Of a DNA stretch of 64,000 nucleotides, positions 58,005 through 64,000 are shown in pieces. Every line of letters starts with the position of its first letter. The stretch's first letter is position 1. The position numbers and the translations under genes are program-made. The DNA is taken from NCBI GenBank assembly GCA_027038175.1, contig JALVYB010000003.1, positions 8,438-72,437 of the forward strand, written 5' to 3'. Under the pieces are notes generated by a model. The model was not told the origin of the DNA. It saw only the letters and a list, made by a program, of their open reading frames with translations, and made no database searches. The DNA comes from a candidate division WOR-3 bacterium (lineage in GTDB: Bacteria > Hydrothermota > Hydrothermia > UBA1063 > CAJXJZ01).

Positions 58005-60314
58005 ATGCGAAAATCTTTAAAAAAACCAGTTTTATCCAATAATGCCTTGCTTATCCTTCAAAAGAGATACCTTAAAAAGGACGAAAACGGTAATGTGGTG
58101 GAAACCCCGGAACAGATGTACAAAAGGGTAGCACGTGTCATAGCAGACGTTGAAAACAATTATAACTCCGGATACACGTCAGATGAACTATTTGTAAAAT
58201 TCTATAATATGATGGCTGAATTTTACTTCCAGCCCAATTCCCCGACACTGATGAATGCAGGAACACCACTTGGTCAACTATCCGCATGTTTTGTTCTTCC
58301 AGTTGAAGACTCTATGGAAGCAATCTTTGAAGCAATAAAACGCACTGCGATTATCCACAAAACTGGTGGAGGGACTGGTTTTTCCTTCTCAAGGTTAAGA
58401 CCTCGTAACGATATTGTGAAGAGTACAGGGGGCATAGCTTCCGGGCCGGTATCATTTATGCGAGTTTTTAACGAAGCCACGGAAGCGGTAAAACAGGGTG
58501 GGAGGAGAAGAGGTGCCAACATGGGCATACTCCGCGTTGACCACCCTGATATACTTGAATTCATAGACTCAAAGAAAAAAGAGGGAGAACTTGCCAACTT
58601 CAACATATCAGTGGCAATAACCAATAAATTTATGGAAGCCCTCGAAAAAGACGAAGAATACGATTTAATAAATCCGCGCTCTAAAAAAGTTCAGGGCAGG
58701 CTAAAGGCGAGAGAGGTATTTGATAAACTCGTTTATGGAGCATGGCGCAATGGCGAGCCAGGGGTAATATTCATAGATAGAATAAACGAAAAGCATCCTA
58801 TTCCCGGTGCAGGTGAGATTGAATCAACAAATCCATGTGGTGAACAACCATTACTTCCCTACGAATCCTGTAACCTTGGTTCCATCAACCTGGCTAAATT
58901 TGTGAAAGGTAAGCAGTTCTTGCTTCAACACAGGAGAAGGGCAACCATAGAAGAAGCCCTTGACATGATAGACTGGGATAAACTTGAAGAGATTACAAAA
59001 CTCGCCATACACTTTCTCGATAACGTAATAGATGCCAATCACTTCCCATTCAAAGAGATAGAGGAAATGACCCGTGCTAATAGAAAAATAGGTCTTGGAG
59101 TAATGGGTTTTGCCGACATGCTCATTCAGATTGGTATACCCTATAGCAGCAAGGAAGCCCTTCAAATCGCCGAAAAGGTCATGGGATTTATCCAGGAAAA
59201 GGGGCTCGAGAAATCAAGAGAGTTAGGAGAGAAAAAAGGTGATTTTCCAAATATAAAACTCAGCATACACAAATCCCCGATGAGAAACGGAACAATTACC
59301 ACAATAGCTCCAACAGGAACAATCTCCATGATTGCAGAAACATCCAGTGGTATAGAGCCTCTCTTCACCATTGCGTACAAAAAGAACGTTCTTGGAGGAG
59401 AGTCACTTATTTATGCAAATAAGTACTTTGAAGAACTTGCACATGAACTTGGCTTTTACTCAAAAGAACTCTGGGAAAAGGTGTCAGGCGCCAAAAGCAT
59501 CAAAGATTTTAACGAAATCCCTCCATATGTAAGAGAAGTATTCGATACTACATTTGACGTTGAACCCATGCAACACGTAAATATACAGGCAGCATTTCAG
59601 AAATACGTTGATAATGCTGTATCAAAAACCATTAATATGCCAAACAGTGCTCGAATAGAGGACGTTGAAAAGGTTTACAGGGAAGCCTATAAAAAAGGCT
59701 TAAAAGGACTCACTGTATACAGAGATGGTTCAAGACAGGTTCAGGTGCTTGAAACAGCGAAGAAAGAAGAAAAAGCATCTCACAAGGAAATACGCAATCC
59801 AAGACCTCGCCCACAGGTCACAAAGGGCAGAACGTATAGAATGCAAACTGAAATGGGAACCCTGTATATCACCATAAACGAGGACGATGAAGGACTCCTT
59901 GAAGTATTCGTGCATCTTGGAAAGTCTGGTTCATCGGTAATGGCCTTTACAGAAGCGATAGGGAGGCTCATATCACTTGCACTACGTTCTGGCGTAAATC
60001 CAAACGAAATTGTGAAACAACTCAAAGGTATAAAGAGTTCAACACCAATCAGACAGGAAGATGGAAGCGTGGTCTTCTCAGTTCCAGATGCAATTGCTAA
60101 GTCCCTTGAAAAATTCTTGCAGGGTGGTGAGCAACTTGAACTTATTTCAAGAAATTCTCCTCTTGCCTCTGTCCCACTTATTATGGGTGGTAAAAGTAAA
60201 GAGAAAAAAGATACACACAGTGAGGCGGATATATGTCCTGAGTGCGGAGGCGTCCTAATTTACCAGGAAGGTTGTTTTGTATGCAGAGACTGTGGTTATT
60301 CAAAATGTGAGTGA
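58005..60314 (+). CDS. nrdJ: class II (adenosylcobalamin-dependent) ribonucleotide reductase
   Basis: 769 aa. PNSPTLMNAG, LSACFVL, NPCGEQPL, TISMIAETSSGIEP, and a C-terminal CPECGG...CRDCGYSKC zinc ribbon. Confidence 0.95.
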   Translation: MRKSLKKPVLSNNALLILQKRYLKKDENGNVVETPEQMYKRVARVIADVENNYNSGYTSDELFVKFYNMMAEFYFQPNSPTLMNAGTPLGQLSACFVLPVEDSMEAIFEAIKRTAIIHKTGGGTGFSFSRLRPRNDIVKSTGGIASGPVSFMRVFNEATEAVKQGGRRRGANMGILRVDHPDILEFIDSKKKEGELANFNISVAITNKFMEALEKDEEYDLINPRSKKVQGRLKAREVFDKLVYGAWRNGEPGVIFIDRINEKHPIPGAGEIESTNPCGEQPLLPYESCNLGSINLAKFVKGKQFLLQHRRRATIEEALDMIDWDKLEEITKLAIHFLDNVIDANHFPFKEIEEMTRANRKIGLGVMGFADMLIQIGIPYSSKEALQIAEKVMGFIQEKGLEKSRELGEKKGDFPNIKLSIHKSPMRNGTITTIAPTGTISMIAETSSGIEPLFTIAYKKNVLGGESLIYANKYFEELAHELGFYSKELWEKVSGAKSIKDFNEIPPYVREVFDTTFDVEPMQHVNIQAAFQKYVDNAVSKTINMPNSARIEDVEKVYREAYKKGLKGLTVYRDGSRQVQVLETAKKEEKASHKEIRNPRPRPQVTKGRTYRMQTEMGTLYITINEDDEGLLEVFVHLGKSGSSVMAFTEAIGRLISLALRSGVNPNEIVKQLKGIKSSTPIRQEDGSVVFSVPDAIAKSLEKFLQGGEQLELISRNSPLASVPLIMGGKSKEKKDTHSEADICPECGGVLIYQEGCFVCRDCGYSKCE

Positions 60315-60370
60315 TTTTAATGTTCGCTGAAATACATGTATCTTTAAACACGTAAAATAAGGAGGATGTA

Positions 60371-60925
60371 ATGGGTCTTAAAAATGATACCTGGATAAAA
60401 GAAATGGCCAGAGATTACAAAATGATTGAACCATTTGTGGAAAAGCAAGTGCGAGAAGGTAAAATATCCTATGGACTCTCGTCCTACGGTTACGACATAA
60501 GGGTTGCAGATGAGTTCAAACTATTCACAGATGTTTTTTCAAGTATAGTTGACCCGAAGAATTTTTCTCCCAAGTCATTTGTTGATCTTAAAGGGGAATA
60601 CTGTATCATACCACCAAATTCCTTCTGCCTGGCAAGAAGCGTAGAGTATATAAGAATTCCTCGTGGGGTTATGGGAATATGTCTCGGTAAATCCACCTAT
60701 GCCAGATGCGGTATAGTGGTTAACATAACTCCCCTTGAACCCGAATGGGAAGGACATATTACAATCGAAATTTCAAATACAACACCACTTCCTGCAAAAA
60801 TCTATGCCAACGAAGGAATTGCACAGATTATATTCCTTGAAGCAGATAGGGTCTGTGAGGTCTCATACAAAGACAAAAATGGAAAATACCAGGGTCAAAG
60901 GGGTGTAACCCCACCCAAACTGTGA
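60371..60925 (+). CDS. dcd: dCTP deaminase
   Basis: 184 aa. [42 protein letters not shown]. Confidence 0.9.
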   Translation: MGLKNDTWIKEMARDYKMIEPFVEKQVREGKISYGLSSYGYDIRVADEFKLFTDVFSSIVDPKNFSPKSFVDLKGEYCIIPPNSFCLARSVEYIRIPRGVMGICLGKSTYARCGIVVNITPLEPEWEGHITIEISNTTPLPAKIYANEGIAQIIFLEADRVCEVSYKDKNGKYQGQRGVTPPKL

Positions 60926-60932
60926 GGTGTTT

Positions 60933-62045
60933 ATGGCACAGGGAAAAGATAAAATCAACAAAGAGAAAGTCCTTGAAGCCGTACTCAAGCAAATAGAAAA
61001 ACAGTACGGCAAAGGCGCTGTAATGAAATTAGGAGAGCATACAGCAATTAACGTTGAAATTATTCCTACAGGCTCCTTAAAATTAGATTATGCCCTCGGC
61101 GTAGGCGGCTACCCAAGAGGAAGAATTATTGAAATATTTGGTCCAGAATCTTCAGGAAAAACCACGCTTGCCCTTCAGGCTATTGCAGAAGTGCACAAAA
61201 TGGGAGGTAAAGCAGCATTTATAGATGCAGAGCACGCTCTTGACCCGGGATACGCCAAGGCACTGGGGGTGAACGTTGATGACCTTCTCGTTTCACAACC
61301 TGATACAGGAGAACAGGCACTTGAGATAGCCGATATGCTCACAAGAAGCAACGCAATAGACCTGATAGTCGTTGACTCTGTGGCTGCTCTTGTGCCACGT
61401 GCAGAGCTTGAAGGAGACATGACGGATTCACAGGTTGGACTTCAGGCAAGGCTCATGGCAAAAGCCATGAGGAAACTATCAGGTGCACTTTCACGTTCAA
61501 AAACCTGCGCAATTTTCATAAACCAGATAAGACAGAAGGTCAATACGCGTTTTGCTTTTGGCAATCCAGAGACCACTCCAGGAGGGCTTGCCTTGAAATT
61601 CCACGCCTCGGTAAGACTTGACATACGTCGTATTGCGACTTTAAAATCCAGAGAAGGTGCACCAGTAGCAAACAGAGTGAGGGTCAAAGTTGTAAAAAAC
61701 AAGGTAGCCCCTCCATTCAGGGAGGTCGAATTTGACATAGTTTTTGGCAAAGGTATATCACTTGAAGGAGAAATCATTGACCTCGGACTTCAATTAGGGC
61801 TTATAAAAAAGAGCGGCACCTGGTACACCCTCGTTGAAACCGGAGATACATTCCAGGGAACCGAAAGACTTAAAGAGAAGCTGATTGAGAATCCAGAACT
61901 CTTTAAAAAACTGTTCCTCACAATAAGAGAAAAACTGGGTCTCCCTATGGTTGGGAAAGAATGGGAGCGTCCAACCCAAAGTCCAATTTTAGAGGAGGAT
62001 ATAGAGGCAGAGGAAGCACTCGACGAACCTGACGTAGAAGGCTGA
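60933..62045 (+). CDS. recA: recombinase RecA
   Basis: [63 protein letters not shown], acidic tail. ATG at 60933 is preferred over the track GTG at 60927. Confidence 0.95.
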   Translation: MAQGKDKINKEKVLEAVLKQIEKQYGKGAVMKLGEHTAINVEIIPTGSLKLDYALGVGGYPRGRIIEIFGPESSGKTTLALQAIAEVHKMGGKAAFIDAEHALDPGYAKALGVNVDDLLVSQPDTGEQALEIADMLTRSNAIDLIVVDSVAALVPRAELEGDMTDSQVGLQARLMAKAMRKLSGALSRSKTCAIFINQIRQKVNTRFAFGNPETTPGGLALKFHASVRLDIRRIATLKSREGAPVANRVRVKVVKNKVAPPFREVEFDIVFGKGISLEGEIIDLGLQLGLIKKSGTWYTLVETGDTFQGTERLKEKLIENPELFKKLFLTIREKLGLPMVGKEWERPTQSPILEEDIEAEEALDEPDVEG

Positions 62046-62050
62046 ATTAT

Positions 62051-62079
62051 TTGGATATACCAGGTGGGTCTGTTATAAT
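62051..62079 (+). promoter_or_regulatory. promoter TTGGAT-17nt-TATAAT placed 6 nt before the ATG at 62086 (leaderless candidate)
   Basis: TTGGAT 62051-62056, 17-nt spacer, TATAAT 62074-62079, gtaact, ATG. No SD. Confidence 0.6.
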
Positions 62080-62085
62080 GTAACT

Positions 62086-63366
62086 ATGCCACTCTCTCAG
62101 GATATTTACAAATTTGCATTTAAAGAAAATCCTCTTCCTGCTGCTGTTACTGACGGAGATGGCATGATACTGGATGTCTCTGATGCGCTCCTTGCAGAAC
62201 TCGACATGTCCCGGGAAGGGCTCATAGGCACAGCCATCTTTCCTTTAATAGGCAACAAGGACCTAAAACCTGGAGCCACAAGAGCCGTATCTTTAAAAAA
62301 GAAGAAATACCATGTGACTTCAAAAAACTATGAGATAGATGGAATAATATTCAGGGTATTTGTCTTTCAGGAGATAATTGAAATTAAACATGCAAGCCCA
62401 AAAACCGAACTCATAGAGACACTTTTAAGAAACTCTTACAGAATAGAAAACTTTCCACGGTTCCTTTCAAAAAACATACGTATAATATCTGAAAAAACCC
62501 AGGCAGAAGGTGCACTTTTTCTCACCAAGGATATGGAAACAGGCGTATTTAAACCAGTATCATATTACGGTCTTGGAGAGAAAATTCCCAAAAAACTTAC
62601 TGTAGAATTTAAGGATGAGGACCAGTTTACCTCAGGCACCTTATATAAATACGAGATGAACAATGTGCCTGAGTTTTTATCACCAATAGCCATTCTCCTT
62701 GAATGGAATGAACTGGAACTCATGGTCTTTATCCCACTTTCTTCCAATAATCAGGAAATTGATTCTATGTTCGTTCTTGCCTACAGGAATAAAGAAGCAC
62801 TTTCAGATGAAGATATTGCCACATTGAAACTCCTTGCTCTGATTTTCAACCTATTCCATGAAAAAAGCCATCTTAAAAAAGAACTTTCGGAAAGCACCTA
62901 CAGAGATTTTATTACCCGTTCATATTCCCAGATAATGCTAAAAGAATTTGTATCTCTCATATTCAGTCAGGCAAAAAGATACCACTTTCTATTCTCCGTT
63001 GTACTTCTCAAAGTCACCAATTACCCTGACATAAAGAAGATTTACGGCCCCAACATGGCAGAACTCACCATGCAAAAAATATCCAGCGTTTTGCTAAAAA
63101 CTTTGCGCAAATCAGACGTGGTCGGCAAATACACCGAAGATTCATTTCTATTTATTTTGCCATTCACCCACAACGGTGGTTCAGAGGTTGCAGTACAACG
63201 TGTGAAAGATGCCCTTATGACCACCAGTTTCTCACCAATTAAAAAAGTAGAGTTTCAGGTGGCCATTGCCCATCTTGAAGAAAGCGATACAAAAGCAGAA
63301 GACATGTTACAAAGGCTTAAAATTTCGTTGATACCACTTTCAGAATTTAAAGCCAACCCACACTAA
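62086..63366 (+). CDS. PAS - GAF-like - degenerate GGDEF domain protein
   Basis: 426 aa. PAS-like N-terminus. The C-terminal domain has GGDEF-fold spacing (FSVVLLKVTNYPDIKKIYGPNMAE...SDVVGKYTEDSFLFILP), with TEDSF in place of GGDEF. Confidence 0.6.
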   Translation: MPLSQDIYKFAFKENPLPAAVTDGDGMILDVSDALLAELDMSREGLIGTAIFPLIGNKDLKPGATRAVSLKKKKYHVTSKNYEIDGIIFRVFVFQEIIEIKHASPKTELIETLLRNSYRIENFPRFLSKNIRIISEKTQAEGALFLTKDMETGVFKPVSYYGLGEKIPKKLTVEFKDEDQFTSGTLYKYEMNNVPEFLSPIAILLEWNELELMVFIPLSSNNQEIDSMFVLAYRNKEALSDEDIATLKLLALIFNLFHEKSHLKKELSESTYRDFITRSYSQIMLKEFVSLIFSQAKRYHFLFSVVLLKVTNYPDIKKIYGPNMAELTMQKISSVLLKTLRKSDVVGKYTEDSFLFILPFTHNGGSEVAVQRVKDALMTTSFSPIKKVEFQVAIAHLEESDTKAEDMLQRLKISLIPLSEFKANPH

Positions 63367-63875
63367 ATCTTTACCTCAAATAACCTGTCAAGGAAATTAT
63401 TAACAAGGTCTTTTACAGCCCTCTCAATGCCCTGTGCTTCCGTTTCTGTCCCCACCTTATATACACCTTTCCCGACAAACATGGTATCCTTTAAAAAATA
63501 CACACTATCACCTTTTATCGGGGTTTTTATAGTGGCCTTTATACTAACAGTATATACGGTAACCTCACCTCCCTCCGTAAATTCGGTAGGTGATTTTCCA
63601 AACTCCTCAATGATAGGTACTATGTTGAGTCCCGCCTTATCCTTGGACGTTATGCTCAATCGCCCGTCATTTTGAATGTCCTCTATGAAGAGATTCTCTA
63701 CTGTAAGCGTAAGGTCCTGTCGATCACTTCTATTTTTAATATGCTCAATGTATACCTTCCTGAGACGTGCCGGATACCCTCCTGAAAAGGTGTAAACACA
63801 TGAGGTAATCACAAAAAGGGTTAAAAACACAAGTTTACTACTTACTGAAAATTTCAATATAAAACCTCTGTGCAT
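63363..63875 (-). CDS. lipoprotein, LptE-like (tentative)
   Basis: 170 aa. Lipobox VITSC, and size and pattern similar to LPS-assembly lipoproteins. Weak assignment. Confidence 0.35.
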   Translation of the reverse strand: MHRGFILKFSVSSKLVFLTLFVITSCVYTFSGGYPARLRKVYIEHIKNRSDRQDLTLTVENLFIEDIQNDGRLSITSKDKAGLNIVPIIEEFGKSPTEFTEGGEVTVYTVSIKATIKTPIKGDSVYFLKDTMFVGKGVYKVGTETEAQGIERAVKDLVNNFLDRLFEVKI

Positions 63876-64000
63876 AAAGGAGAAGAAATACAGGTATTAC
63901 TTTACCCCATGCAATAACAAAAGATGTGGGTTTACCATAAGACCCTCTAAACACAAAGATCGCATCAACAAGCATCCATAACACGATCCCTATAAATACG
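63838..64000 (-). CDS. C-terminal end of a membrane protein (gene starts beyond the window end)
   Basis: Own translation, open to the window edge: ...VFIGIVLWMLVDAIFVFRGSYGKPTSFVIAWGKVIPVFLLLYAQRFYIEIFSK, then TAG at 63840-63838. Overlaps the next gene's start. Confidence 0.3.
   Translation of the reverse strand, partial: VFIGIVLWMLVDAIFVFRGSYGKPTSFVIAWGKVIPVFLLLYAQRFYIEIFSK

Noticed and set aside
58005-62045. Inteins or insertions in nrdJ and recA, and introns in the 23S
   Set aside because: The proteins are co-linear with the normal families at ordinary lengths. There are no Cys/Ser...HN splice junction blocks or homing-endonuclease ORFs. The conserved 23S regions are contiguous.

Overview
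This is a densely coded, AT-rich bacterial chromosome segment. It carries a strongly GC-rich 23S-5S rRNA unit on the minus strand (24711-27883), with no 16S or tRNA gene anywhere in the window. The GC-rich rRNA in an AT-rich genome and a bifunctional fructose-1,6-bisphosphate aldolase/phosphatase suggest a thermophile. An Omp85 protein, an LptE-like lipoprotein, a GT9 heptosyltransferase and two very large proteases with T9SS-type C-terminal sorting domains suggest a diderm, possibly from an FCB-related or candidate lineage. That taxonomic reading is inference only.

Most of the window is housekeeping: thrS-infC-rpmI-ddl, kbl, dnaX-ybaB-recR, gdhA, rtcB, a purine nucleoside phosphorylase, divIVA, fbp, birA, nrdJ-dcd-recA. 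Accessory content includes:
- a type IV pilus core (pilB-pilT-pilC) with a PilS/PilR-like sigma54 two-component pair
- an IS256-family element whose transposase carries an in-frame amber stop
- an orphan solute-binding protein fused into a kinase / receiver / degenerate-GGDEF-EAL module
- a flavodiiron/ODP-like di-metal domain fused to a degenerate class III cyclase-like domain
- several uncharacterised proteins: an AAA+ ATPase, DUF3160, DUF4416 and a 572-aa protein translationally coupled to fbp

Reading the intergenic DNA by eye gave a recurring TTGACA-17-TATAAT type promoter. In at least four cases the -10 hexamer sits only 6-9 nt from an ATG that has no Shine-Dalgarno sequence, which suggests leaderless mRNAs and corrects several start codons in the ORF track. 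infC starts at an AUU codon overlapping the thrS stop.

I found no CRISPR array, tRNA, prophage or recognisable defence system, and I cannot point to one clearly novel multi-gene system. The best candidates for follow-up are the di-iron/cyclase-like fusion, the protein coupled to fbp, the AAA+ ATPase appended to the thrS-infC-rpmI-ddl operon, and the SBP-kinase-EAL module fused to dnaX-ybaB-recR. All calls rest on manual motif recognition; no searches were run.
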